A stretch of 63,666 nucleotides of DNA, the filler included. It is 7 parts of 7 records of this genome, joined end to end, with 100 filler letters (N's around TTAATTAATTAA, not from the genome) between each part and the next. Parts side by side here need not be neighbours in the genome. Positions count along the whole stretch, not along the records: positions 20,330 to 26,063 come from SRR2962707_2880; positions 26,164 to 40,445 come from SRR2962707_2885; 5 more parts are not named here. One strand, written 5' to 3'. Position 1 is the first letter of the stretch, and each line of letters opens with the position of its first letter. A program made the translations under genes and the position numbers. The notes below the pieces were generated by a model that had not been told where the DNA came from, did no database searches, and was given only the letters and a program-made list of their open reading frames with translations. This document shows, piece after piece, positions 24,078-34,576 of this stretch.

Positions 24078-24944
24078 ATGAACACCATATCCCTGAACAA
24101 TTTGGTCAAAGAACTGACCGGTTCGGATATCTCGGCCAAATCCCCGCTTGGGGGTGGTTCTGCCGCCAGTGTTTTCAAGATTGTTCTTGATAACGGTCGG
24201 GCGCTTGTCGTTAAGCACAGTACGGACGGCGATACGACAGGCGGTCTTGAAATCGAAGCCCATATGTTGCGCCATTTTGCACAACAATCCCCCATCGCCT
24301 GCCCCGAAGTTCTGTATGCCGATTCCAACTGCCTGATTATGGATTTTATTGCCAACGACAATCGCATGGGCAAAACCGTTCAGCTTGATCTGGCAGAACA
24401 ACTTGCCGCCCAGCACAACGTCACGGCTGATGCCTATGGGCTAAATTTTGATACGTTAATCGGCGGGTTACACCAACCAAATCATCAAACAACCAGTTGG
24501 CTGACTTTCTTTGCGGAGCACAGATTGCGCCATATGGCCCATGCGGGCCTTCGTGATGGAAAACTTTCACCATCCATGGCCAGACGGATAGATAATCTGA
24601 TCGACCGCCTTGGTGATTTGATTGGCGATACGCCAAACGCATCCTTGTTGCACGGGGATTTATGGGGTGGAAACATCCTGTGTCAAAACGGCAAACTCGC
24701 TGCACTCATTGATCCGGCACTTTATTACGGAGATCACGAGATCGAACTGGCCTTTGGAACGCTGTTTGGCGATCTGACGCCGGAATTTTTCAGTCGATAT
24801 CGAGAAATCATACCGATTGCGCCGGGATTCTTTGAAGAACGCCGAGATTTGTATAATCTATACCCGTTATTGGTCCATGTTCGCCTGTTTGGCGGGTCCT
24901 ATATCGGTTCTGTTGACCAAATCCTTTCGCGGTTTGGTCATTAA
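24078..24944 (+). CDS. Fructosamine/ketosamine-3-kinase family protein
   Basis: FFAEHRL, LLHGDLWGGN, IDPALYYGDHEIELA, YNLYPLLVHVRLFG. Confidence 0.93.
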   Translation: MNTISLNNLVKELTGSDISAKSPLGGGSAASVFKIVLDNGRALVVKHSTDGDTTGGLEIEAHMLRHFAQQSPIACPEVLYADSNCLIMDFIANDNRMGKTVQLDLAEQLAAQHNVTADAYGLNFDTLIGGLHQPNHQTTSWLTFFAEHRLRHMAHAGLRDGKLSPSMARRIDNLIDRLGDLIGDTPNASLLHGDLWGGNILCQNGKLAALIDPALYYGDHEIELAFGTLFGDLTPEFFSRYREIIPIAPGFFEERRDLYNLYPLLVHVRLFGGSYIGSVDQILSRFGH

Positions 24945-24999
24945 GCCCACCCAAACAGGCCAACACAAAGCCGCCTTTAAAAATCAGGGGACAAGAGAT

Positions 25000-25449
25000 T
25001 TGAAATTTATCGTTGGAGCAGCTGTCGCACTTGCCATGTCTGTGAGCATTTCCGCCATCGCGCATGAAGGTGCAACCGGTGTGGTTAAGGAGCGCATGGA
25101 CAGCATGAAAGCCATTGGTCAACAGGTCAAGATCATGGTGCCGATGCTTAAGGGAACTTTGCCCTATGACGCGGCAAAGGTCGCGGAATCCGCAGGCATC
25201 ATTGAAAGCCATGCGGGCGAACACTTCACCAAGTTTTTCCCTGAAGGCAGCGACGGGCACCCGTCAGAAGCCCTGCCTGCGATCTGGGATGACTGGTCAA
25301 AATTCAATGATATTGCATCGGACCTTCAATCACGTGCCAATGCCTTGAAAACGGTTGCGGCAAATGGCGGATCCGAGGGAGATTTCAAAGGTGCGCTTGG
25401 CAACATGCTGCAAACCTGTAAATCCTGCCACAGCAATTTCCGCGAATAG
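25000..25449 (+). CDS. Cytochrome c' (class II c-type cytochrome)
   Basis: Signal peptide, VVKERMDSMK, ALPAIW, C-terminal CKSCH heme motif; TTG start inferred. Confidence 0.9.
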   Translation: MKFIVGAAVALAMSVSISAIAHEGATGVVKERMDSMKAIGQQVKIMVPMLKGTLPYDAAKVAESAGIIESHAGEHFTKFFPEGSDGHPSEALPAIWDDWSKFNDIASDLQSRANALKTVAANGGSEGDFKGALGNMLQTCKSCHSNFRE

Positions 25450-25480
25450 ACGAGCCCCCCATTCCGGGATTTGGTCAAGC

Positions 25481-25510
25481 AAAAGGCCGCAGCTTCATGC
25501 TGCGGCCTTG
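25481..25510. terminator. Terminator between cytochrome c' and folE
   Basis: AAGGCCGCAGC / GCTGCGGCCTT inverted repeat with an A-tract. Confidence 0.75.
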
Positions 25511-25537
25511 ATCATTTCAGTCTGCTGTTCGTTCGGC

Positions 25538-26063
25538 TTAGCGACCGATCATGGCAAAGAATTCGCGCCGTGTAATCGGATCATCGCGGAAGGCGCCGAG
25601 CATACGGCTGGTCACCATCGAAACACCGGTTTGATGCACACCACGGGTGCTCATGCATTGATGATTGGCATCAATGACCACCGCAACACCAAGCGGATCA
25701 AGTTCTTCCTGAATGGTGTTGGCGACCTGTGAGGTCATTTTTTCCTGAATTTGCAGGCGCTTGGAATAGACTTCGACCACGCGGGCAAGTTTGGAAATGC
25801 CCACAACACGTTTACGCGGCAAATAGGCAACATGGGCGACACCAATGATCGGGACCATATGATGTTCGCAATAAGATTCAACGCGAATATCGCGCAGAAC
25901 CACCATTTCATCATACCCGTCGGTTTCTTCGAACGTACGGCGCAGAATTTCTGCCGGATCTTGCTGATAACCTGCAAAGAATTCGCCATACGAGCGCGCC
26001 ACACGATCAGGCGTTCCACGTAAACCTTCGCGGTCGGGATCATCACCTGCCCAACGAAGAAGG
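25538..26063 (-). CDS. folE: GTP cyclohydrolase I, 5'-truncated
   Basis: [31 protein letters not shown]. Confidence 0.96.
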
Positions 26064-26163
26064 NNNNNNNNNNNNNNNNNNNNNNNNNNNNNNNNNNNNN
26101 NNNNNNNTTAATTAATTAANNNNNNNNNNNNNNNNNNNNNNNNNNNNNNNNNNNNNNNNNNNN
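26064..26163. other. Artificial contig linker
   Basis: N44-TTAATTAATTAA-N44. Confidence 0.99.
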
Positions 26164-27786
26164 CAAGCGAGACAAGAAGCCAGATGATTTTTCATCGAAT
26201 GCGCCAGCCATCGCCTGCGTTCTCTCATCCAAACGAGACAGGAATTCAGAAGATTGGCTTTCCGCCGACGTGTTCACAGTGTTCAGCTTTGCCGTAAAAT
26301 CAGCAGCGCGGGCCTGAAGTTCCTCAGAAAGGGACGTGGTGACCGCAGAGGCTTTAGACATAAATTCTTCGCTGAAGGTTTTTGTCGTTTCAGCCATTGT
26401 GTTTGCCATATCGCGGGTGCGCTCAAGCAATGTCTCGCTGAGTTTACGCGAACGGGCATCAAGCGCTGAATCCAAACGCTCGGTGCCATCATTGACGGCG
26501 TCAACACGGTTTTGGAATTCAGACAGCAAGGATGAACCGCGCTCATTGAGCACTGTTTCCATGCTCGCCATGCGCGTATCAAATTCAGACGTAAGTTTGG
26601 CTGTCGCCGTCCCAAGAACCGACACAATAGAGTCAGAACGTGATTCAAGCGCTATCGCGAGTTGATCGCTTGCAGAGTCAGTTTCTGATTGCAATTTGGA
26701 AATGCGGTTATCGAGCATGTTGGCAAACTCGTCGCCCGATGCCTTCAAATTACCGGACACTTCTTGAATGCGCTCAGCAATCGTCTGGTTGATCTCTCCG
26801 CCGCTCTCATTGATGCGGTTGACCAATTGGTTGCCGGAGTCCGAAAGAGACATGGTCAGTTGGTTCGATGCGCTGATAACATTCTCGCGAATTTGATCCG
26901 CAGCACCTGTGATTTCATAGCGCAACTCTTCATGCGCGCCGGAAATTGAGGCGCGTAAACGTTCGGCATGGGTCACGATGCCTTCGCGCTCATTGCCAAG
27001 GTCTGATAGAAGTGAGCGAACACGCACTTCATTGTCAGAATAAGCACGCTCAAGTTCGTTGACTTCGCCCTGCATCAAAACTTCAAGTTCTGTCGCGCGG
27101 GCAATTGTGCGCTCAATGCCTTCGCCCATCGATGCAACTTCGCGGCGGATGGCTTGCCCAACGGTTGCAATCTGATCGGTTGCCATATTTTCTGGCGCGA
27201 CCAAGCGGAATGCAATTTCGCTCATTGAGTTTGCTGTCATGCGCATTTCTTGTGCACGGCGCAGCATGGTCGAGAACGCGAAAAACATAAATATTGGGAC
27301 AATCGTACCCACCAAGATGGCAAGCGCCCCTGGAATAGCCTGCAATTGCGCAAAGCTGCGCACTTGCCAAACATCGGGCGCATAAAGCGTATGGGCAAGG
27401 AACAAGCCACCGACGAGCCAAAGGGCGCTAACAATAAAGGTGACGACATGCGGCGAATTAGATGGGCGCGCATTAAGGCGTGAAAGCATTTGGGCATATT
27501 CGCGCTGTGAATTATCATCATTAGCCGCGCGGAATGGATTTGCGGCCGCAGCAGGCGCAGCCTTTTTTTCTGCTGGAGCAGGGGCTTTGTTTTCTACCGG
27601 CGCCGCAGCTTTAGGTGCTTCTGGCTCTTTCAAGGTTTTCGCAGCGCTTGCAACCTGTTCTTCAAAGTCGTCGAGAGACAACTCTGTATCCAAGTCCATA
27701 TCATCACTGAAATCTGAATCCAGAGCGTCTTGCAGCGCCTTTTCCATATCCAGTTCAAAATCTGGTGCGTTTTTCTTAACAGCCAT
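26164..27786 (-). CDS. Large membrane-anchored apolipoprotein-like helical protein (GPR/RgsE-like polar growth protein), 3'-truncated
   Basis: Acidic N-terminus, AANDD, two TM helices, then GQAIRREVASMGEGIERTIARATELE...LERAYSDNEVR and helical repeats; divergent from Hpt-fdx. Confidence 0.65.
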
Positions 27787-28099
27787 GTCGCCTCACCTAA
27801 ACCTTATCGGTTTGTATGCTTATTTTAATTTTTGCCGATATCGCCATGAGCCTAAAAAAAGGCACAATTGGGGTATCAGCACATCCGCGCCATCGTACCG
27901 GTATGCGTCGTCTAAATAAACAACGGATTCGCGAAATGGTTAAAAGTTTAAATATAAAGTTAACGCGCACCGGATTTGGAACGGTTTTTCATCTTAGCAT
28001 CATTTAATCCGCAATCTTGTCTGCGTTAACTTTGCGCACAGACATTTGCGTAAGAATACTGGGCTAAGGATCGTTTTAAACGGGCGCAAGAGAGTGATT

Positions 28100-28483
28100 A
28101 TGGGACAAGCAGTTAAAATCAATGGCCATCCGGTCTTTTCATCGCCGGTAAGTGCCGGTGACCTCGTTCGACAACACCGCCCAATTGATTTGGTGCATTT
28201 GGCTCAACAAACCGGTGGAAATCGTGCCCTTGAAGAAGAAGTGCTGCAGATGTTCCTGCGCCAGTCCGCTTCTTTGGCTCGGCAATTCCCTAGAATGGCT
28301 GATGCAGAAGCAGTTAAACAGGCAGCTCACTCTATTAAGGGCGCAGCGCGCTCTGTTGGTGCGCTCGAAGTTGCCAATTGCGCTGACAAATTAGAAGAAT
28401 ATCCGTCTGAAAAAAAGAATGTTGCGGCTCTCATCGCTGAAATCGATGTAACTTGTGATTATATCGCTTCACTGCTGCGCTGA
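28100..28483 (+). CDS. Hpt domain protein
   Basis: PIDLVHLAQQTGGNRALEEEVLQMF...AHSIKGAARSVGA. Confidence 0.88.
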   Translation: MGQAVKINGHPVFSSPVSAGDLVRQHRPIDLVHLAQQTGGNRALEEEVLQMFLRQSASLARQFPRMADAEAVKQAAHSIKGAARSVGALEVANCADKLEEYPSEKKNVAALIAEIDVTCDYIASLLR

Positions 28484-28565
28484 CTTGACAATTTTTGGTC
28501 AATGTCTAATCCGAAGACTTGGATATTTAAGCGCAGAATTGCGCGTTGTATAATTTGGAGTGACT

Positions 28566-28886
28566 ATGCCCAAGCTTACCATCGTAGCCTTTGATGGCAC
28601 ACGTTTTGACCTAGATGTGGCCGATGGCTCAACAGTCATGGAAAATGCGGTTAAAAATTCAGTGCCCGGCATTGAGGCAGAGTGTGGCGGCGCATGTGCA
28701 TGCGCCACTTGCCATGTTTATGTTGACGAGGCTTGGACTGAAAAAGTTGGTTCTCCTGATGTTATGGAAGAAGACATGTTGGATTTCGCCTATGAGCAAA
28801 AGCCAACATCACGCCTTTCTTGCCAAGTGACGATGTCAGGCGAACTCGATGGCCTTGTTGTTCACGTTCCAGAACGTCAAGCCTAA
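28566..28886 (+). CDS. 2Fe-2S ferredoxin (adrenodoxin type)
   Basis: [27 protein letters not shown]. Confidence 0.95.
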   Translation: MPKLTIVAFDGTRFDLDVADGSTVMENAVKNSVPGIEAECGGACACATCHVYVDEAWTEKVGSPDVMEEDMLDFAYEQKPTSRLSCQVTMSGELDGLVVHVPERQA

Positions 28887-28903
28887 CTTATCAGGAGGCG
28901 CTC

Positions 28904-29767
28904 ATGGTTGCGCCGATAAATTCACCTTTTCTGCCACGGATTTGGCGTCTTGCTCATGGCAGGACGCTTGAGCTTGGCCCTAAAGGTCTATTGATGGGTG
29001 TGTTGAATATCACCCCCGATAGTTTTTCTGATGGTGGCAATTACAATACACCTGAAAAAGCTGCTGCGCAGGCGCTAACCCTTTGCGAGGAGGGTGCGAC
29101 CATCATCGATTTGGGCGCGGAAAGCACGAAGCCGAACGCCGATGCTGTCAGTGCAGACGAAGAACAGCAACGCCTCATGCCTGCAATCGCTAGCGTTCTA
29201 GCGGCAGATGAAAACATTATCATTTCTGTTGATACCTACCGTGCTTCAACCGCTGAATTGGCGCTTAAGGCCGGTGCACATATCGTCAATGATGTTTGGG
29301 GATTGCAGCGCGAGCCCGATATCGCGCGCATTGCCGCTGATCATGGCGCTGGCCTTGTGATTATGCACACAAATCGCGGCCGCGAAGCGCTTGATGATGT
29401 GATTGAAGACCAGAAGATGATTTTCGGCAAATCGTTGGAGATTGCTGCAAAGGCCGGCGTTAACGAAGATCAGATTATGCTTGATCCAGGTTTTGGCTTT
29501 GGAAAGGAAACTGTTGAGATCAATATGGCGCTCATGGCGCGTTTTGATGAGCTGCTTTCGCTTGGCTATCCGTGGTTGATCGGCACCAGCCGCAAACGCT
29601 TTTTAGGCGGTATTACGGGCCGCGAAGCGGCTGACCGCGACGTTGCGACGGCAAGCACAACGACACTTTTGCGCAAAAGCGGCGCTGCCGTTTTCCGTGT
29701 TCATAATGTCGCTGTGAATGCGGATGCATTATTGGTCTGCGATGCTATGATACAGGCTCAAGCATAA
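28904..29767 (+). CDS. folP: Dihydropteroate synthase
   Basis: MGVLNITPDSFSDGG, GAESTKP, DPGFGFGK, GTSRKRF, RVHNV; AGGAGG RBS before ATG at 28904. Confidence 0.96.
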   Translation: MVAPINSPFLPRIWRLAHGRTLELGPKGLLMGVLNITPDSFSDGGNYNTPEKAAAQALTLCEEGATIIDLGAESTKPNADAVSADEEQQRLMPAIASVLAADENIIISVDTYRASTAELALKAGAHIVNDVWGLQREPDIARIAADHGAGLVIMHTNRGREALDDVIEDQKMIFGKSLEIAAKAGVNEDQIMLDPGFGFGKETVEINMALMARFDELLSLGYPWLIGTSRKRFLGGITGREAADRDVATASTTTLLRKSGAAVFRVHNVAVNADALLVCDAMIQAQA

Positions 29768-29790
29768 ACGCTAATTCGAGGGTGAGGCGA

Positions 29791-30153
29791 ATGATCTACG
29801 AAATTCGAATGAAAAATTGCGCATTTTTTGCGCGACATGGCGTTTATGATCAGGAAGAGTTTCTCGGCCAGCGGTTTTATGTAGATGCCGTGCTGACTGT
29901 GGAAGCAGGCACAGCGCTCGACAATGATGATCTTGAAGGCACTGTTGATTATGGCCGTGCATTCCAAGAAATTGAAAAAATTATCACGGGCGAGCGGCGC
30001 TATTTAATCGAAGCGCTTGCCTTGGAAATTGGACGCGCGCTTTGCGATGAATTTCCGCAGATCGTTGAGGCCGATATCACAGTGCGCAAACCAAATGCGC
30101 CTGTGCCGGGTGTGTTAGACTATGTTGAGGTTCGTGTTGTCCATAAAGCCTGA
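29791..30153 (+). CDS. folB: Dihydroneopterin aldolase
   Basis: FARHGVYDQE...GQRFYVD, TVDYG, LIEALA, VRKPNAP. Confidence 0.95.
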   Translation: MIYEIRMKNCAFFARHGVYDQEEFLGQRFYVDAVLTVEAGTALDNDDLEGTVDYGRAFQEIEKIITGERRYLIEALALEIGRALCDEFPQIVEADITVRKPNAPVPGVLDYVEVRVVHKA

Positions 30154-30157
30154 CAAT

Positions 30158-30661
30158 ATGAAGTCTGCGCTCATTGGGCTTGGCGGAAATGTCGGTGATG
30201 TGGTGCAAGCCATGCAGCGGGCCATTATCGAGATTAATAAACATCCGCATTGCGCCGTTATTGCTGTTTCAAAAGTCTACCGCACGCCGCCTTGGGGCAT
30301 TGAAGACCAAGATTGGTTCTATAATGCGTGCGCTGAGATCGAAACTTCTCTGCCAGCTGAAGAATTTCTGGATCTGCTGCTCTCTATAGAATTAAGCGAG
30401 GGCAGGGTGCGCGACCAACGCTGGGGTCCCCGGACCCTTGATCTTGATATTATCGCGATTGATGACATGCAGATTGATACGGATCGGCTGCATGTGCCGC
30501 ATCGTTTGATGGGCGAGCGGGCATTTGTGATTGTGCCACTGCTTGATATTGCGCCAGAACGCATGATTGCCGGAAATAGTGTACGCGGTTACGCATCTTT
30601 GCTTGATGTCAGCGGCATAGAAGTCGCAGACGAAGAATTATCTTTGCCGATTAGCGCGTAG
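30158..30661 (+). CDS. folK: 6-hydroxymethyl-7,8-dihydropterin pyrophosphokinase
   Basis: IGLGGNVG, YRTPPWG, RWGPRTLDLDI, VPH...RAFVIVPL. Confidence 0.95.
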   Translation: MKSALIGLGGNVGDVVQAMQRAIIEINKHPHCAVIAVSKVYRTPPWGIEDQDWFYNACAEIETSLPAEEFLDLLLSIELSEGRVRDQRWGPRTLDLDIIAIDDMQIDTDRLHVPHRLMGERAFVIVPLLDIAPERMIAGNSVRGYASLLDVSGIEVADEELSLPISA

Positions 30662-31184
30662 CGCCTGTTGATTTACCGTCGATGCGGTCAAGGCTCATGC
30701 CAATGACGGGCACAAGTTCTTTGCCAACGCGCACAGAGATTGTCACATTCAATTTATCATTGCTTGCAAGACGTGCGAGCATGGCACCATCTAAATCTTT
30801 GCGTTTCAAAGTCAGAACAATTCGGTCGTTCGTCACGTTGCCCGCTGTGATGTCGAGGCCTTCGCCGGCCGCACCATCAAGGAACTTGCCTTTATAGGTC
30901 TTAGAATCATGAACAACTGAGGCTTGCATTTTTTGTGAGAATACACCGACGCGGCATGATCCCATGAGTGCCATGCCAAGATCGGTCTCAGGTGTTGAAC
31001 CTTCTAGCTGGCAGGTAAAGCTGGTGTCTTTGTATTTGCCCGCAACGATTTCACCGGGGCCGCGCCACGTGCCTTGGATTTTTTTCAAAAACTTAGCATC
31101 GCGTGTGCTGTCCGCATGAGCTGGTAGCGATGTCGATGCAATGGCGGCAAACGCGACACATGACGCAAATAAACGAACAAACAT
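30651..31184 (-). CDS. Secreted hypothetical protein
   Basis: Signal peptide ending AHA; GTWRGPGEIVAGKY and a Cys pair; resembles a conserved Rhizobiales beta-rich protein. Confidence 0.7.
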   Translation of the reverse strand: MFVRLFASCVAFAAIASTSLPAHADSTRDAKFLKKIQGTWRGPGEIVAGKYKDTSFTCQLEGSTPETDLGMALMGSCRVGVFSQKMQASVVHDSKTYKGKFLDGAAGEGLDITAGNVTNDRIVLTLKRKDLDGAMLARLASNDKLNVTISVRVGKELVPVIGMSLDRIDGKSTGATR

Positions 31185-31293
31185 AAGTGATCTTCCCAAC
31201 CGTAAACGGATTCATAACTACCCAATCATGAACGAGATTGGTTAATGCATTCTTGTAATGGAAATAAATTGCGGCAGGAAGACGTATAATCGG

Positions 31294-32364
31294 CTATTTT
31301 TCTTTGGGTTGGCGCAAAAGGTTTGACGCGATTTGCGAAAGTTTTGGTGCAGGTAGGGCATGAAACGGCGCTGGCCGGCAGATATTTATCGCTGAAAGCC
31401 CTACGCGTGCAGTCATAATGCCATTGATGACACCTTCGCCAAGACGGGCTGATAATTTGGCTGCCAAGCCATGGCCGAGCATTTGTTGCATGAGTCCATC
31501 GCCAATTGCGATGGAGCCTGTCACCGCTAAATGGGCAATCACTTTGCGAATAAGTGAAAACGTGCTCAAAAATCCGCTGCGTCCGCCATAATGCTGCGAA
31601 AGCACACGAATAAGGCGCACATTCTCAAAAAGCACATAGCCGATATCAACAATCGCGCGCGGTGATAGGGCGGTCACAACTGACACACGTTTTGCTGCAC
31701 CCATCACGATTTGCTTTGCTTCACGGTCAAGTCCCGTCAAAAGTTCTCGTTCGGTGAGCGCATAGCGGTCGGTTGCATCAAGAATATCGTCGCGGTTTAA
31801 TTCGAGCACTTTGCGGCCATGAGCCGTTTTCGGGTTGTGCTCAAAATGTGATTCAAGTTCGCTTGTTACCACTTTGATTTCCTTAGCATTGTTAAGCTCT
31901 AGCGCTTGCGCGATGCGCAGCCTTAACTTGCTAATTGAGCGCAATTTCCAAATGCTAAAAACTTCGCGCAAAACAAAAACGAGCACAGCAAATGCAAAAA
32001 TAGCGGTTGCAATGAGCGCGGCGCGACCCAGCCAGATATTCTGCGCCATCAAGTCGCTGACCAGCGCTTCGAGCCAGAGGCCGAGCGATGCCGTGATTAG
32101 AAAACCAAGCGCTGCTGTTGCAAAATTATAAAGCACTGAGCGGCGCGGCGGTGCTGGCTCAACCGGCGATGGGTCGATTGCATCCAGCTCACTTTGCTCT
32201 TGATCGGCAAAAAAAGTCTCATCAACATCGTTATATTTAAGGTCAACCGTTGGGGCGACGGCGCGTGGTTCACGCGTTTTCGTTGCTGGCTTAGCATTTT
32301 TTGCCGGTGCTTTTGTCTCTTCTGCATTGACTGAAAATGCGCGCGGGGTGCGGGGTTCACTCAT
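31294..32364 (-). CDS. ycjF: YcjF family membrane protein
   Basis: AKRVSVVTALSPRA, AKLSARLGEGVINGIMTARVG, CRP; overlaps the ycjX stop. Confidence 0.9.
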   Translation of the reverse strand: MSEPRTPRAFSVNAEETKAPAKNAKPATKTREPRAVAPTVDLKYNDVDETFFADQEQSELDAIDPSPVEPAPPRRSVLYNFATAALGFLITASLGLWLEALVSDLMAQNIWLGRAALIATAIFAFAVLVFVLREVFSIWKLRSISKLRLRIAQALELNNAKEIKVVTSELESHFEHNPKTAHGRKVLELNRDDILDATDRYALTERELLTGLDREAKQIVMGAAKRVSVVTALSPRAIVDIGYVLFENVRLIRVLSQHYGGRSGFLSTFSLIRKVIAHLAVTGSIAIGDGLMQQMLGHGLAAKLSARLGEGVINGIMTARVGLSAINICRPAPFHALPAPKLSQIASNLLRQPKEK

Positions 32365-33809
32365 TGTAATTTATCCCCGATCAAAAATTGCAGTGCTTTA
32401 TCTAAACGAATATGGGGCAGCGAAAGCGTTACGCCTTCTGCCGTTTTTTCAAGTTTTGGCGGTTTAAAGCGGATGAAGCGTTGGGCGCTGGCTTCATTAC
32501 TTTTGAACAAATCTTCTGGGTTACTAGGCAAATCACCTGGAAAAATCGCCGTTTCGCGAATGCCATCAAAAACATCCTTGCCAATTTTTTCGCCTTTTAT
32601 CGGCGTTCCCACAACAACCGGCAATTCGTCTTTGCCGTCCATGATTGTTGCTTCTTTGGTGGCGCGCACAGCCGCCATGGCGACTGCAGAAATCGATGCG
32701 CCGGCAAATTCCGCTGAATGTGTTGCTTGGGTGACGAGACGATCAACAATCGCTTCAAGCCTATCGTGGCTTTCATGATGCAGATGATCTGCCTTTGTAG
32801 CCGCAATCAAAATACGGTCGATGCGGCGTTGCCATAAAGACGTGAGCAGATTTCCGGCGCCCGGCCTAAAACAGCCCATAATCTCAACCAAAGCGCGCTC
32901 TAAATCTGCAACGGCTTCTGAGCCCGCGTTAATCGCCTGCATGGCGTCGATCAGTACAATCTGGCGATCAAGACGCGTAATGTGCTCGCGGAAGAACGGT
33001 TTAACGATGACGTTTTTATAGGATTCATAGCGCCGCTCCATCATTGCCTGAATGGAGTTGGGCGCTGCGCGGTCAGCCAAATTGCTAAGCGGCGCAAATG
33101 TGAGGGCAGGCGAACCCTCCAAGTCACCGGGCATAAGGAAACGGCCAGGGGGAAGCGTTGAAAGCGCCAAACTGTCATCACGGCAGGCGGCGAGATAGAT
33201 CTTAAACTCATTAGATAGCGCGCGCACGGCCATTTCGTCGGCGGGCGCGGATGGATCAAGTGCATCTGCCATGGCTAAGAACTTCGCCGCCACATCGCTG
33301 CGCGTTCCGCTTTTAGCCCGCTCAATGGATTCGCGGGAAAAGGTCGCAAAGTCTTTTCCAAGCAACGGTAAATCCAGCAGCCACTCGCCGGGGTAGTCTA
33401 TAATATCGAGATGCAGCTTTCCGCTTGAAAAAAGCCGGTTCCAGCCAGAAGCGCTTTCATATTCAATGGTCAAGCGCAATTGTGATATTGCGCGTGTTGA
33501 TTGAGGCCAAATGCGGTTTTCGATCAAGTCTCGCACATGATCTTCATAGGCAAAGCGGGGCACATCATCATCGGGCTGCGGCTCTAAATAGGCATTTGAG
33601 ACTCGGTTTGAATGAACCGGTTCAAACATCGGCAATCGCCCGCCATGAATGAGATTATGAATGAGCGCGGTGATGAAGACTGATTTTCCGGCGCGCGAAA
33701 GGCCTGTGACGCCAAGGCGGACATTGGGATTGAAAAGCCCCGTGGCGCGGTCGGCGATTGTGTCAAAGGCGATAAGCGCTTCGTCGCCAATAGTCGTCAG
33801 TAGGGCCAA
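32361..33809 (-). CDS. ycjX: YcjX family P-loop NTPase
   Basis: RLGVTGLSRAGKSVFIT, DYPGEWLLDL, DRQIVLID, ATKADH, PHIRLD. Confidence 0.93.
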   Translation of the reverse strand: MALLTTIGDEALIAFDTIADRATGLFNPNVRLGVTGLSRAGKSVFITALIHNLIHGGRLPMFEPVHSNRVSNAYLEPQPDDDVPRFAYEDHVRDLIENRIWPQSTRAISQLRLTIEYESASGWNRLFSSGKLHLDIIDYPGEWLLDLPLLGKDFATFSRESIERAKSGTRSDVAAKFLAMADALDPSAPADEMAVRALSNEFKIYLAACRDDSLALSTLPPGRFLMPGDLEGSPALTFAPLSNLADRAAPNSIQAMMERRYESYKNVIVKPFFREHITRLDRQIVLIDAMQAINAGSEAVADLERALVEIMGCFRPGAGNLLTSLWQRRIDRILIAATKADHLHHESHDRLEAIVDRLVTQATHSAEFAGASISAVAMAAVRATKEATIMDGKDELPVVVGTPIKGEKIGKDVFDGIRETAIFPGDLPSNPEDLFKSNEASAQRFIRFKPPKLEKTAEGVTLSLPHIRLDKALQFLIGDKLQ

Positions 33810-33838
33810 AATTCATTCCTAATTGCTGATATCGCCTT

Positions 33839-33868
33839 ATATAGGCACGCAAAAGCAATGTTTCAAAG
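33839..33868 (-). promoter_or_regulatory. Putative RpoH (sigma32) promoter of ycjXF
   Basis: Minus strand CTTTGAAA-N15-CCTATAT about 30 nt upstream of ycjX; ycjXF are known heat-shock regulon members. Confidence 0.55.
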
Positions 33869-33881
33869 CTCGGTTGATGAT

Positions 33882-34388
33882 CTAGAGATCACGGGGCCGC
33901 AAATAGTCGACAAGCTCGTATTTGGCTGTCTGCAGTTCGCTGACCGGACCATTAAAGCTGAGGATCGCCACAGCGCCGGTCGCAAAGCCCATGCCAATAT
34001 GGGCATAGGCATCGTCATTGCCGTTTTGTCCAAGTCCGATTGCCAAATCTTCGAGCATAGGATTATGCCCGATGAGCATAATGTCGCCGGTTAAGCCGGA
34101 TTCGGAAGCAACTTCTAAATAGCCGGGCGCATCAGATGAATAGAGGTTTTCTGTATAGGTGACCCGATTAGTCCAAATGCCATTGTAGTTCGCCGCGTCA
34201 AAGGTTTCGCGCGCGCGCACGGCTGATGAACAGATGATATGATCGGGAAGAAGGGCATTTGCATGGAGCGCAATGCCCATTTTTTTGGCTTCTTCTATGC
34301 CATCATCAGATAATTTTCTGTCGAAATCACGCATTCCAGGCTCTGCCCAAGCTGCTTTAGCATGGCGAAACAAAAATAGTCTGCTCAC
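33882..34388 (-). CDS. sixA: SixA-like histidine phosphatase
   Basis: FRHAKA, DFDRKLS, SSAVRARET, IGHNP; GTG start after a GGAG RBS. Confidence 0.85.
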   Translation of the reverse strand: MSRLFLFRHAKAAWAEPGMRDFDRKLSDDGIEEAKKMGIALHANALLPDHIICSSAVRARETFDAANYNGIWTNRVTYTENLYSSDAPGYLEVASESGLTGDIMLIGHNPMLEDLAIGLGQNGNDDAYAHIGMGFATGAVAILSFNGPVSELQTAKYELVDYLRPRDL

Positions 34389-34576
34389 TTTGGGCTCCTT
34401 AAACACTTGTCTGGAATAGTTAGCGCTTTGTTGCGACAACTTCAATGCTTATGCCAATCGCAAGTGTCTGTTTTCGATACAGCTTGTTGATTTAAGTTAT
34501 TAATCAATATTTCGTCTTGCTGCAGGCGGCCCGCGCGATTATACACCGCTCATCAGATGTTTTGTGGAGTTATCTA

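Noticed and set aside
6425-26063. Bacterial genes adjacent to intron-containing genes, as evidence of horizontal transfer
   Set aside because: The adjacency exists only across artificial linkers.
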